Of a stretch of 64,000 nt of DNA, positions 22,048 to 36,284 are shown piece by piece; positions within the stretch are counted from its first letter, which is position 1, and each line of letters starts with the position of its first letter. Position numbers and translations under genes: made by a program. The notes beneath the pieces are model-generated. The model was not told the DNA's origin and made no database searches. It saw only the letters and a list, made by a program, of their open reading frames with translations. Origin of the DNA: Camelus ferus (lineage: Eukaryota). The DNA is taken from NCBI RefSeq assembly GCF_009834535.1, contig NC_045697.1, positions 49,478,001 through 49,542,000 on the forward strand, in the 5' to 3' direction.

Positions 22048-23557
22048 ACAGCACAACTTCTAAACCTTCTCTGAACTATTTAAGTGTTTTTGTTTTTACC
22101 CAATTGCAGACAAAATTGGGGGGCCAGAGGAATTTGCCAACTGTTGTCCTATCTTACCTTTTATTCTTGCATTTTCTTCCTGTCCTAGGGATTGGAATCT
22201 CCTGTTCTCAAAGTGTCTCTACCAAATCTGAAAAGATTCTGATGTTGGTCATTTACACTTTTAATTGCTACAGTACTCTTTAAACTCTAGAGATAACCCT
22301 GATGTCATTGGTTTTCAACACTCAGGTGGTTTCCAGAGTGAAGGAGATAGCCCAGATTATAACAATCATTCTATACTGGAAAATTCTTAAAGGAATGGCC
22401 TCAGAAAAGGACTGTTTAGCAGGAAATTTTAAAAAATCCATCAGTTTTCTTCACAGTTAAATCAGAGTCTCCTTCAAGTGGAAATAGCTGCGTTGACAAA
22501 GAATCTCCAGAGAGTGAATTGGGAGAGAGGATAAAGAAAGAGCACAAATTAGAAACTAAACTATGCCAACGATGCAGACAGCTGTAATTTAAAATGCTGC
22601 AGCAACTACTCAATTTGATTACGGCACAACTGATAGAGATTCACTCAAAGATTTTAGTGGTGCTTGTATGCAGCAAATGAAATGAAAAATTTAGAGCTGA
22701 CTCAAGGCAGGAAGCTAACTGACTCAGTGAAACAGAAGTTATCTTCTGTTAGACAACTTCTGTTGTCTAAACAGAAGTTAAGACTATCCTGTTTAGACAA
22801 GGTTGAAAGGACAAAGCATACGACTTGATAGAAACCTTTCTATGAACTGGTTGCAATGAACCTTTTAAGATTTGCACAAATCTTGAAACTGGAAGAAAGA
22901 AGAATGATATTAAGCACAAGAGAAGTGAGGATTTGTTTATTAAAACTTAACAAAAATCAAACAGCATCTTATAGGCTTAGAGCAGTGGTGTGCTGGCAAA
23001 TGATTAACAACTGTCTCTCTGGGGGATAAAAATCCAATTTGTGGTTTTTGCCATAATATCACTAAACACGGAGCTGGAAAGAGATGTGTAGCAGCACACC
23101 ATGCATAGTGTTTCCTCCACAAATAGACAGAATAGGCATAAATATCCTCAAGAGCATAGATAATAATATAGTAAAATAATAAGAAAGTGTTGGGTTTAGA
23201 GTCCTTGTTACCTATGTTTTTAGTATAATTTATTTAATTGTAAGTTTATATAATTTAATTTTTAATAATGGTCATATTTAAAAACTAGATCACAAGATCC
23301 CTAAAAAATTAATAACCCACTCCAGCACACCACTAGGCATGAAAACTAAATTAGAAGATAAAAAGAAGCAGACACAGGGGAATCTTGTAGCACCAGAATG
23401 ACTATATTACTGTATTTATAGAAATAACACAGAAACATTAAGAAATGTTGAAAAATGAAAGTGGAAATAGAAATCCTGGTGCTTACAATTGTAAAGTATC
23501 ACAGGAATTTTTCTACATTGTACTGCATGTAGGGAAGTATGTGTATTGTTAAAGAAT

Positions 23558-24025
23558 TGTTGACTGAAATAAATGTTGTGAGTTATGTTTTATTTGGTGG
23601 GAAGACCTGAGCCTGGGATGACAGCCTCTCAGATCGCGCTGAGGGACTGCTCCGAATGGGGTACGGGAGGAGCTAGGATATATAGGAGCTTTACAACAAA
23701 GACCAGGTAGTTGGAACAATAAAAGATTGCTTGTTACCTAAAGAAAGCCAGGCATCTCAAATTAAAGAATTTAATGCTTTTCTGTGTGTGGGAGGAGGCA
23801 AACATTTGGGCTCATTGAATTCATTCGTTTGACAAGCACCTAGCTATCTAGGGCCAGTGTCCTGTCCTTTATTATTCTGAGTCCTCTCGGAGTGCACCAT
23901 TGTGAGTGGCTGCAGAGGCTGGGCTGCAGGCTTGTCTTCACTGGGAGGTGGAGGCAGCCGCTGATGACTTGATAGTTTCAGCATTCTTTGTTTACTGATA
24001 CGGTTTGCAGTATTTTTCGTTCACA
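23558..24025. mobile_element. Solo ERV LTR
   Basis: TG...CA ends with near-TSD gaat/aaat; LTR-like composition. Confidence 0.65.
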
Positions 24026-24416
24026 AAATCCAGGTAAAGAAAGTAAAAGGAAATACTCAAACAGATGGGGCTGTCATCACCAAAGCATGTGCTAGAATGA
24101 GATGAAGAAATAGGAGAAAAGGAAGAAAGCATGCAGCTGGGCAAAAACAGAACAACCTGAGAGATTTAATGTGGCCTTTCTCTGATTTGGAACATTTTTT
24201 TTGTACTTTAGAGTCGCGGACATCACAAAAGCTTTTGTAGTAAGAAACAAAATTTAGAAATGTCAAGTTAATTCACTTGCTTTACAGACTTGCTGACTTT
24301 CGAGGGAGACTGTGAGGAGAAAACATTTCAAAATCAAAGTTAAGGAGCTAGGGAAACAATTGCTTTCACTTTTTTCTTATACTGCAATCTTCCACTCTGA
24401 AAAATAGGTTAGCATT

Positions 24417-25045
24417 TGAAAGGGATCAGGATGTGCAACCCTGCAATATGCCAATTTGACACAAGGATTATTTTGAGCTGGAGGCAATTGAGAATCAACA
24501 GCTACAGGAAAGTTCTCTGCCTTCCCCTTATCTGCCTAAAAGCAGGCTATAAATTTCCCTGTAGGAAGGTGCCCCCCCACCACTGCACCCAGAGGAGAAG
24601 AGCACTCTTATCACCAAAGACTGGGAGTCAACGCTGAGATGAGTTTGCATAAACGGACTTTACTAGAATAACCCTTATCTTCCACTAGTTCTCTCATAAA
24701 TTTTCTAGTCACTTTGCCACAGTTTATCATTCTTTGAATCTCAAATTCCCTTTCGTTTGTTAAAACGGAATATGAGCCTCCATGTCAAGCCACTTCTTTT
24801 TTTTTTTTTTTCTAATGGAGGTACTGGGGATTAAACCCAGGACCTCGTACATGCTAAGCATGTGCTCTACCCCTGAGCTACACCCCCACTCCAGTCACTT
24901 CTTTAACTTTTATGTGAACTCCTGTGCACATAAAAAAAATTAATAAATTTGTATTCTTTTTCTCCTGTTTGTCTTTTGTCGGTTAAATTTGCAGACTCCA
25001 TTCACTAAACCTAAGAGGGTACAGGAAAAGTTTTCCTCCTCCACA
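24417..25045 (+). mobile_element. MER34/MER39-like ERV1 LTR with a SINE insertion
   Basis: tgaaagggatcagg...ggattattttgagctg...aaacctaagagggtacaggaaaagttttcctcctccaca. Confidence 0.65.
24797..24892 (-). mobile_element. tRNA-derived SINE (Vic-1 type)
   Basis: Reverse-complement copy of the 18841 element with a poly(T) tail; flanked by cacttcttt repeats. Confidence 0.8.
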
Positions 25046-28000
25046 CAGCAACGTAACTCAGTGGCTTTCAAAGGTGGTCTAAAGGCTTAACTGTGCTTAC
25101 TTGATGATGACAAATGCATATCCCATCACTAACATCCATTTTCTTTCCATGACTGACATCACTAATCAAGCAGGATACCTTTTCCCATTGGGCAAAATAT
25201 GGTCTCACAATCTCGACCCCGTATATAAGTTGTCATACAAAGTGACACCTGCTAGCCAATTCTGGCTAAGGCAAGTCATCAAAAAGACCTTTAAATGAAA
25301 ATCTGTTAAAAAAATAAAAACCACAAAAATTTAACGTGTTTATAAGAAACACACAGAAATCGTCTAACCTATCACTGCACAGTTATCAGCTGCTTAAAGT
25401 CAAACTTATGACTGCAGGGATTTCAAGACTAAAAGCTCCTGCTGCACTAATTGCAAAATTTTCATCTAATACCCAAGGGCTTGAAAAAGATCCTAATGGT
25501 TATTTTATCAATTGGATAAGCAGGCCATTAACAGTAAGCTCAGCTTCTGTGCATGTGCCCAACAGGAAACATTTATATTTCAAGGCTTTAAAAAACTTAC
25601 ATCATTTATACATTGTCAATAGATAATCAGTGAGGCTAATGCAGTAATGAATGCTGAATAGATAAAACTTCCCCATCTGTAATTCTGTAATAGAGTTCAA
25701 TGTACAGATATTTAAAACACAACAGTCCCCCAAGGTCATTCTCTATTCTAACAGCCTTTTAACAATGAATACAATTTTTTATTCATGTAGACTCACGATT
25801 CTCTCATAGTTTGAATGTATTCCAATTTAATCAATTTGGGCAATTTCAGTTATACAAGGTAGAAAAGATAGAAAGTAGAGACCAAAGCCCAAAACTTTCA
25901 AGGTTTTTTTTTTTTTAAGTTCAAAGAATGGTAATGAATCAGATTAGTTGTATGAGGATCTGTTAGGTAATAAATGGTAGTAAAACTTTCAAAAATCTGT
26001 GACCAAAAATGGGTCCATTTTCATCCAAGACTCCACAAATCACCTCTGAGAATGCTTTCAAATCAATCTGAACAAAAGTAAACTCCTTTCTAAAAGAAAA
26101 GAAGAAAAAGAAAAAAAGTTATACAATTATCATAGGAGTATAAGCATCATCATATTAACATAAAGCAAATAAAAGTCAGAAAGAATGAACATTATGGCGA
26201 GCACAGCTCATTAGCGTATTCATAAAAGAGGACTTCAAGTAAATGTTTCTTTACCCAAATGAACATAAACATGGTGAGCAGTTAAACCAGAGATCCTGGC
26301 TTTTGCAGTGAAGACAGGAGCAAGCTGTGCTGTTCCACGCTCTGCGCCTTAAGGAGTCATCATTATCAATAGATCCTCTGTAAAGCTAAATATGGGTCAG
26401 AAGGGCTTAAAAAACATTGTCAACGTTCCTGCCAGATCATTTGAAAAAGAGTTCTCTAAAAAAAAAAAAAATTATTCCCTCCCAAATACTTGCACACAAA
26501 CACACACACAGGAGAGAAAACTTTAAAACTCAAAAAGAAGGAAACTCTGAGAACAAATGGACATAATAAATATTTTTGTTTTAAAAGTTGAGTGCTTAAG
26601 TTTATTAAGTGGTATTTTAGCCCAAAAAGAAATTTGGGACTCAGGAAGTTACAGTTAGTGGACAGCAAACAAAAATGAACCATACATACCCATGGGAAGT
26701 TGTTTATTTCTGTATTAACATAGATTAAATACCTAACCAGAGAAAAATCCTTGTTGCAGTCACAACATATTTATCATCAATAAGCACTTGGTGGATAATA
26801 TAAGAAAAGTTTTGGCCCATTACTATTAATTGCACAAAATGCCCATGTTAATTAGTTACTTATAAGGGCATTCCTTTGAACATTTTGGAAGAAAGAGACA
26901 TTTTGAAGGAAACTTCCTTTGGATAATGAATGTTCCATATAAGTCACACATGACACCAAGCAGTTGTTCGTCTGTGCCCTTGGGTTTTGCAGTGAAGACA
27001 GGAGCAAGATGGCTGCTCCCTCTCCTTTTCTCAAGGGCTCGTCATTATAACCCCAGGGATAGCTGGGAGCAATCATCCCAGATCACTTTACATGGTGGTC
27101 CATGAACTTTGCTTTCTTGAAGGGATGCTATAATGCAATCCATTCCATGGAATGCAAGCTCTTGATAATTTTTAAAGTCTCAGGCTTTAAAACTGATTGC
27201 ATGCAATTATTATTTGGTCAACGTCCCTAATTCTGTTAAGTTTGTAATTACTCAAAGCAGATATTGATGTCTTTGAAGCAATGGGACAGAAGTTCTCAGA
27301 TTTCTAATTTGAATATGAACAAATAAATAGAATCCATTTATCTAGTCAGTGTTTATGGAGTGCCTTCTATATGGCAAGCACTGATCTAGGCACTGGGATT
27401 CAATGACGGACAAGACAATTTTCCTGCCCTCATAGTGCTTACATTCATTCTAGGAGGTGTAGAGACACAAACAAATATCTGTAGACAGTGATTAGTGTTA
27501 TGACATGAATAAAACAGCATGCTAGGATGGATGCTGCTGGGGTACTGGGGGGTAGGGTTGTTCTCCAATCACTGTCTCATTCCCACCCCACCTTGCCTCT
27601 GCTTCTTTCCTCTCTGCAGTGAACTTTCTCCACTACTGTCCCATACCTGGTGAAGATGGTTACTACATGGCCCTCCAGTTCATATCTTCCTGGTTTAAGA
27701 AGCTGAAAAAGAACACAAATATAAATTCCTGGAGCAGAGAGTTTGGCCCATTTTGGGTCAGGGGGTGCAGCCCCTAGTCCAATCAACTACAGTCAAGACA
27801 GAAACATTTAGAAAAGGAAAGATAAAGTTTACTTGCAAAAAATACAGGGAACAGGCTTCAGAACAGGTTTCCCAAATTACAAAACAGGCTTCACAAAAAC
27901 GAAAACAAATCCACAGAAGTATTTAAAGGAAAAGAAACTCAGATTACCAAGGTTATGACAGTTACACCAGTCTTCTCATGATGAGAAAACAGTAACTTTC

Positions 28001-31000
28001 CCACATGACTCTCAGTTTCACAAAGGTCATAATGTGTCTTATTAGATATCAGCGTAGCAAAAATCATGGATAAAATTATTTTGGCTAGGGAGTCCAGGTT
28101 TACAGGAAATAGTCAAGGCTTTATTATTTTGGAAATCAGAACCAGTCAGAATGACTCCAATTTTTTGGTTTATCTCAGGGTGCAAAGCTTTGTTTGTCCT
28201 GAATTTGATATGTAAAGTGCTCAGTCACACTGGAAGCAGGGCCAAGTGTCAGCTTTTGTGTCTACAATTCACAAGCTACAAATAGCAGCGAAGGCCCATC
28301 CCCACCTAAAGGAGGCACTTGGCGGGGCTGCTCTGAGCTGTACAGATTTCCAAAAGAAAATATTTACTGCTGCCAGAACCTGCTGAGCCTGGCTGAATCT
28401 AACTGCAGAGCCATGGAAGACCACACTGCAGATTCCTGAGTCTTCACATCTGAGCAGCACTTTCTATAAAGCACTTTTTCATGCTTATTCATAGAGTCAA
28501 TCCTCAAAACTCTGGGGGGATAACCCTCCTCTTCTCTAGTTGATTATTCTCAGCTGCGTACAGTCATTAGTATTTCCTGTCTTGAAAATCTCTCAAGCCG
28601 GACCCCACATCCTAGTCCAGCTATGGCCCATTTCTCTACTCCCTATTAGAGCAAAACAACCCAAAGGAGTTTTCTGTCTGTTGTCTCCAATTCTTCTAGT
28701 GTTTACCTTTCTGAATTTTCTATTACTTGTAACTTGTTACCTTAAATATTATTGCATAAACTCAATAATTTTTTCCATTGAATACTAGTAGTTACTATGA
28801 CTCAAGATTATTAAATTGTGAGAAAGAGTACTTCAATAAGAGAAATCAGTCACTGAATAGTAACATACTGGACTAAGTTTCAAATATGACCAAACAGACT
28901 AAAGAAATGCTCGTGTCCAAACCTGAACAAGGAAGCTACTTCTCTGAATCTAATATCTATGTGGTTTTTCATAACTGACTTACTTGTCCTAATATGGGAG
29001 GATTTGAGAGATTATGATTCAAGACAAAGTATATTATCTTAACAACCCAAGTATATGCTTTGTCATTTTTTTGAACACAAGATGCTTTTTAACTATTTAT
29101 TAAGAAAAATACTAATGATAAAGATTAGACAATTTAAGTTATTTAGATACGTGATGTATTAAATGATAGTTTAAAATGAGCTTCAAAATTCTATCTTTAT
29201 CATATATTTATTGTGTATTTTTATTAGATATCTTAACTGCTGCTTTAATCCATGAGCAATATTAAACTATGTAGTGTTTATAATTTTTCTTAAATAAAAA
29301 ATAAACTTGAAATTTTGTGATGTTTTCTCATGTGTGAGCATACTGAATTGGGGCAATAACCTAGTGAGGTCAGTAGGGCCAAACAATTCTTCCTTTTTTT
29401 TTTCTTTTACAAAGAGTTGGCAAAAATGAAATGCATACGATAAAAATGAAGATATAATATAGATCCCAAAAGCCTGCAGCAATGCTGAGGAACCTCACAA
29501 GTCTAAATTTAAATAAGTATAGAAAATCCTGCCCTTAGAAGACCAAAAAACAACTGCACCGTTATAGAATGGCTTAACCAAACTTAACCAGCACTTTTGG
29601 AAAACAGGCAAGGTAATGAGCCTGCAATTATATTATATCTGCGGTTATACTGTCTCCCAAAAAACTACTAAAATCTTAGATTGAATTGAAAACATGATTT
29701 TTTGTGCTTGGCCAACATTTACTTAGCATTGTAGCAGCCTTGCTTTACAAGGAGTAAGCAACTGTCAGACAAGGAAAGTACTCAGAACATGGAGGTGATT
29801 GTTCTTTCCACTCAATTTGGGCACCACATACATAGACAGTTTATCCCAGGAACCACTAAAGAACACCTGAAGGAGCAGTGAAGATTGCTTAGAGAGCAGA
29901 ATCAGGGGATACACATTTGCTGTTTGACTGCATGGCCCTAAAGACTCAAACTATGATCAATGAACAGGGCCGCAGGAAGATAGATTTCATCCCAATACAT
30001 AAGGCAGAAATTTGGAATGGTAAAAACTACCAAAGTTAGAAAGGAGCCATATCATGTGGTTGACTTATTTATTGCCACATAAGAAATCATCCCCAAACTC
30101 AGTGGCTTAAAACAACACACACTTATCTTGTAGTGTCTGAGGGCCACGCTTCCGGGCATGGCTTTACTGGGTTTTTTGCTTCGGGGGTCTCCCAGAAGGC
30201 ACAGTCAGGAGTCGGCCAGGGCTGCAGTCATCTCCAGGTTAGCAGGGCAGGAACTGAATCTAGGCTCACTCTGTGGTTGTGGGGCAGGACTAAGTTCTTT
30301 CTGGGCTGCTAGACCAAAGGCCTTAGTTCCTAGCCAGGTGTTGGTTGAAGTCTGTCCTCAGTTCCTTGTCAGGTGGCCTTCTCCTTCAGAGCAAGCACCT
30401 GTGAAGAACCAGGGAAAGTATGCCCCCAAAATGGAAGAAAATGGACAGAAATGAGACCTTCTTACAGATTAAAGCCAAAATTGAGAGGTCGATGAGTCTG
30501 AGATTTCTTGTTTGTGCAATCAGAGGATGGTGCCAATTCCCCTGAGATAAGCACACAAGAGGACCAGGTTTAGAAGCGTAGGAGTATAGATTTGGCTTTT
30601 AATGAGTTGTGTTTGAGGCACCTTTGCGATACTAGTTGTAGACAATGAAGTGGATATGCAGCTTCGAGAAGAGAACTGGCCTGAAGATACAAATTTGTAA
30701 CACTAATCTCTAGATTATGGTTGGCTTTACACTGTTATATTTATTATTGACCAGTGTGACAGTTACTCTGACCTATTTAGTTGTCCATTTGCAGGGAATC
30801 CCAGTTTGGAAAAAGTGAGGTTTAACACAAACCCTTTGTTGTTAAATTTACTACCCACTTCCAATTGCACACAACACGGCCCCCCTAACACACACCTTAT
30901 TTTGAAAACCTCTGGCAGATTCAGAATTAAGTTTCAGGAAGATAAAAGGATGCGGCATCCCATGATCTCCACTTCCTGTTGAGGGAGCACACGAGGCACG

Positions 31001-32429
31001 GAACTCGGGGTGACCACTAGTTGTTGAGGGCAGACTTCAACCAACTGCCAGCAAGAAACTGAAGCCCTTAGTTCTACAGCTATAAGGAAATGAATTCTAC
31101 CAACAACCTGAATGAGCTTTGGAAGCCAATTCTCCCCTAGTTGAACCTGCAGATGAAAACAGAGCCTGGCTACCATCTGGATGGCAGCCTTGTGACCAAA
31201 AGCAGAGAATCTATTTAAGCTGTGCCCCGACTCTTGAACCAGACTAGAGATAATGTGTGTTATTCAAGCCACTAAATTTGTGGTAATTTGTAATGCAGTA
31301 ATAGAAACCTAGGTCATGCATATGCTCATCCTACTCTTAAACATGCTAATAACCATCTTTGCTGCAAAACAGTTGCCTACTTTTTTTGTTTTACAGACTT
31401 GTGCAACGTCATTTGGGGTCAAGAACATGAAGGTTAAAAAAGAATCAAAGTCCATCCCATGTGCACCTCAACAACTAACTTGCATCTCACCTTCTTCGTG
31501 ATAATAGGCAACAAGCTACTTCACAGGGTACTGGGGGCCTGAAATGTCACAGAGAGATGAAAGAACTTGTTAAGTGAAGAGTCCCAAGATGGTGAGCTTT
31601 ACCACTATAGATATGCCACTAGATTCAGAGAATAATAAGTTTATTTAAACAAATCTAGAATTAAAAGCCAGAGCTGAAAAAAGACTAGCAAACCAGCTAT
31701 TAGAATTCATGTGTTTACATTCTCATAGGTGGAAAACTGTGATTACAAAGTGGTGTCATGTTTTTGTAATGAGCAAAATCAAAAGTAATATATAATTGCA
31801 GCAAGGTCAACATGTAAAGCCTTTTCAAACCGAAACAACTAGTCGCAATTGTGTAGCATGACTATGGAAAAACCTATGTCTAGACAAAATGAGTTAATTT
31901 GCAGGAAGGGAAACCACATTTAAGACAGATATGTGTCACACTTTAATGTTTTTCTCTCTGGAAACATTTTTGTTTTGAAAGGTTATAGAAAATCCTAAAG
32001 TTTCTGAGTTGTAGAGGTAGAAAAATTACAAGAGTAACTTCTCTAGGGTTTCTGGAAGGGAAACAAATCACTAATCCACAAAAAGGACAATTTAATAAAA
32101 TAACCTGCATTAAAATAAAACCTTTTAAAGGATATAATGTACCTGTAAACACATTTTCTTCAGATACGTATCTTTTATTTAGTTAGCCGGGCAGATTTCT
32201 GCAACCACCACCCCCACAAACCCACTTTAATCAGGTTCACTAAGAAAGAACTAGTCTGCATTAGAAGAATAATGTATTTCATTAAAGCAGTTTGAAAAGA
32301 ATTAAGTTTTCATTTTCCAAAATTGCAGTCAGAAATCAGTTTAAAGGTCATAGCTTGCTCAGTTTTCCCCTTAATTCCAAGGCTCAAATTTGCTCTGGGA
32401 TAAGATTACTTTATTGCTTATTTAATATT

Positions 32430-33200
32430 TCTTAGGGTCCTTCCCCACCACTAACAGTTGAACTGCCCAAAGGCTCAGTTCTTGGCTGCCTTCTCTCTAC
32501 ACTCACTCCCTGTAAGAACTTACCCTGCTGGGTGGACTTAAATTCCATTACCGTACAATTTTTTTCCAGCCCTAATTGACTCCAAATTTCTATATCCAAC
32601 TGCCTACTGAATATTTATGTATTTGTATGACAGTATCTACTTGGGTCTGATTTAGTAAGCCTAACACACACAACTCTAGAGCCCACTGCAAACCTGCTCC
32701 TCCCACCTTCCCCCAGGAGTTACTCTTGACTTGTCTTGCTCCCCTACACCCCAGACACAGGCAATTCACCAACAAGTCCTCTCAGATCTACCTGTGAAAT
32801 ATATCCCAGATCCTACCAGTTTAGACACCTCAATCCCTACAGTGTAGTCTGAACTACATATGCTTTTGTTCAGATGAGGGCAATAGCTTCCTACGTAGTC
32901 CCCCGGCTTTCTCTCTTAGCACCGCTCTGCCCACAGACAATTCTCAACACAGTGGACCAGGTAATCTATGAATATAAATCAGATCTAATCACTCCTTTGG
33001 CTTCCAGTTGGACTCAGAATAAAATGCACTCCTTTCCAGAAGCTACAAAGCATCTGACACTGTCTTATGTACCTGTTTACTGTCAGTTACTCCTCCAGAA
33101 CTTGAGTTGTATGGGGAGGGGACTGATTCCTAGCCCAAGTGCCTACAGCAGTACTCAGCACAGTATACACTCAGTATAATATTCACTGAATGAATCAATA
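32430..33200. mobile_element. L2 LINE remnant
   Basis: Degenerate L2 motifs (tatatccaactgcctactg; tgaatgaat tail). Confidence 0.55.
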
Positions 33201-34719
33201 CATTTTTTCTTTAACAGTAAAGATTTTGGTTCTTAAGACCATTATGAGGCCCTCACCTGGCTGCAAACACAACTTTGAAACAAGGGTTGAATTTCCTAAC
33301 AGCATAATTTCAAACCAAGTAACTGAACCCTTTAAAATGTGAGCTGTTACTTTACCTTTTGTAGTAACTTCGGGTGATTATTCTTTTCTTTCAGATGTGC
33401 TTGAGGTGTAAACTATACTTGAACAAAATTTCAAATAAGGCCAAGTATGTTTTGTGTTTTATGAATTCTCCACTGTTGTAGCTCTCCATACAGGGAAACA
33501 GCCTTTAACGTGAGGGCCAACAAAAGGGTGGAGGAAAGAGCACATGCAAAACCAAAATGAGAAATGAAAAAAGCAGGCTGTATGCCAGGATCGCAAATAT
33601 CTTGGTACGGTTCTAAAATATACTCGAAGGGAGCTAAACCAGAGAGCGGTAGAGCACAAAGGCTCTTATTCAGCTGGCTGAGGGCTCCAGACAGCAGGCA
33701 CTGGCAGTCTCTTCGGCTCGCATGTGCATCTTAGAAAGCTTACTGTTGGGAGTATGGAGGATGGCGGGGAGAAGCAGCGACCAACTGGAGGCTGAGAGAC
33801 CAGTTTGGGAGGCTCTAGAAGCAATCTAGGCAAAAAAAATAACCCCCCCAAAAATGATGGCCACGTTAAGATGTCTGTTGGGCTCCAGGCTGGACTGTGC
33901 AGCTGAGAGGCCTTCTTCTCTTCTCTACTCCAGGCCAGCCTGAGTGACTGAACTCTGGCAAACTATCACTGATTTTGCAGATGTTTCTCTCTCAGATCTT
34001 TGGTATTCCATTATTTCTGGAAGTCTCATTCTTACTCCTGACCCCTTTTTCTTTTTCTTTGTAACATTAGCCTGAGATGAAGTCATTAACCAGTTGTTCA
34101 CCATGCGGTGTCAACTTGAGGAAAACTTCAGTCTGAGCTGGTCCAGTAAAAATCACATGGTCCTCAGATGGCAGGTGCCATCTCAGGGCGGCGGCGGTAG
34201 TGGTGGGAAGAGGCAGGGGTGCGCTGCAGCACAGGTGCTCTAACGCACAGCTATCTCCCCTTTCAAGACATGTGAAGATACCTCTCCCTTCAAAAGTCTG
34301 TGCTTCTTAGTGGACTGCTCAAACTATTCCTGAAGCCGGGAGGCAGATGATGCACATTACGCCCCACCTCGTGATGTCTTGCTACTTCTTTAAATGGAAA
34401 CCACTGTGAAGAAAGAACTCCAACACTCAATTTAGAAACACTGGAACCCTTCTCCAACCTCTTCTGCTTTTGCTCCAATTAGCCCCCTCCAATCTTATGG
34501 AATCCTAGTTATTAGTTTTGAATAAGATTGCTTTTATTATTAAAAAAAATTTTTAAATAAGATTGCTGTTAGCATCCAGTGATAGCAATGTTCTTTTAGT
34601 AAGAGAAGGACTTCTCTCACCACTTTCCCTGTCTCATCTTATATGAAGAATAAAATACTTTTCTCAAAATCTAAAAAAGGGATCCATGACCAGGGATTAA
34701 GTGAACATAATATCTATTT

Positions 34720-34725
34720 TTTATT
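34720..34725 (-). terminator. USO1: USO1 distal poly(A) signal (3' UTR about 34700-35646)
   Basis: AATAAA on the minus strand about 0.9 kb after the stop; a proximal AATAAA lies at 35555-35560. Confidence 0.55.
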
Positions 34726-35646
34726 ATGAAAACATTAAATTTTGACACATTGCTTCATTGCTTTTTAAAAATCTATTCTCTGACTTAAATCTATTTCAGC
34801 AAAAATGCCAATAAATTATATAAACCATAGTTTGAGTCTTTTAAAACTAGAAACGTAGTATGTTTTATAATAATCAAACAATAATACTAAATCTGACTTG
34901 TATGAGCTGTTAACTTGTAATTTGTTTCAATGTTTACCTTAAAATCAAACCAAACCAAACACATGCTAATACACTGCTACAAAAGTTTCTCAGGAACGCC
35001 CTCCTCTTCACTGTGGGTCAGCATCCTTCTGCTTCTTCACTGAGGTACAGGTTGCAGCCATCTCAAGTGTCAAGGCACTCACTCTAAACTGTCCTATCCT
35101 GCTCATCTCAAGAGTCACGCTGGATGGAGGGCTGATGACATAATATCCCCCAGACCATGCTACCTTGCCTTTAAGTATATCCATTTCTTCAGAAGGAAAT
35201 CATTGGCTAAGAACTCTAATATCAAATTTAGAAACAATGATTCCAACACACATTACATCAAATGTGTTAGTACTTAAAGTAACAAATTCTGAAAAGTAAA
35301 CATTGCAGACAAATACACAACTTATATAAACCAATGAACTAAGGCAAATAGCACTGCCACCACATGCCTTGAATTGTATTTTTGGTGTCTGTAGCTCTTT
35401 GCAAATTATATTTTGGGACATTTCAGATGAATTTCAATAAAAGATGTGTGTCTACATAAAGTTAGAGTAATAGGATTATCAACACGGGTGGCATCATTTA
35501 AAAAATACATCAATAGTCATATTAGTGAATGTTTTCCACTTGGTTTCTAAATCTTTTATTTTCTGTGGAGGCAAACCAAAGTACTGTCTTAAGACTCTAT
35601 CTTCAAAGTCATTACATAATCTCTGTCATGCCTGGAGAGTTTAAAG

Positions 35647-35736
35647 CTAGATATGACCCTGTTCCTTGCCATCATCTTCATCTTCATCATCCTCATCATC
35701 TTGATCTCCAGATTCAAGTTCATCCTCTTCTTCAAC
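35647..35736 (-). CDS. USO1: USO1/p115 last coding exon, acidic tail VEEEDELESGDQDDEDDEDEDDGKEQGHI*
   Basis: Translation matches the p115 C-terminus; tag acceptor; TAG stop. Confidence 0.95.
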   Translation of the reverse strand, partial: VEEEDELESGDQDDEDDEDEDDGKEQGHI

Positions 35737-36284
35737 CTAAAGGGAAAATACACTGTTTAACACTGTGAAGATCTATTCACTTCCCATTCAACACATAATG
35801 CTATATACTTTGTTGATAAATTCTTTACTCCAGTAATTACAGTAGATTACAGGCCATCTGATTTCCTTGATTTAATGCTCAAGGCTCCCTGTCATTTTTA
35901 ATATGAGGTGAGATACATAGGTTAACTTGCTGATGGATGGCTATACCTCTCTACACAAACCTGAGCCAACACGGCAAAGAGAATGGCACATTTGGATGGT
36001 GATAGCCTTGTTACCACAGGAGCAATCAAATCAATTCACCTTCTAAGCTCAGATTCCAAAAGAGAACAGTTAACAAATACTGGAAACTGCACCTAATCTG
36101 CGTCTTAAGTCAATTAATTCACTGAATACCATGAAAGCAATGCTGATACCATGTTCATGAACCCACAGATCTATGCCTGTAGTATCAATATACACCACAA
36201 CATTTCCATGCCACAGTATAATATTTAAAAATACAACATAAAGAAACACAATATAAATTATTTGTGGAAACACTGTAATCTTAC

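Noticed and set aside
1..34600. PPEF2 exons expected from synteny
   Set aside because: I found no phosphatase or EF-hand coding segments by eye; the gene probably lies beyond the window start
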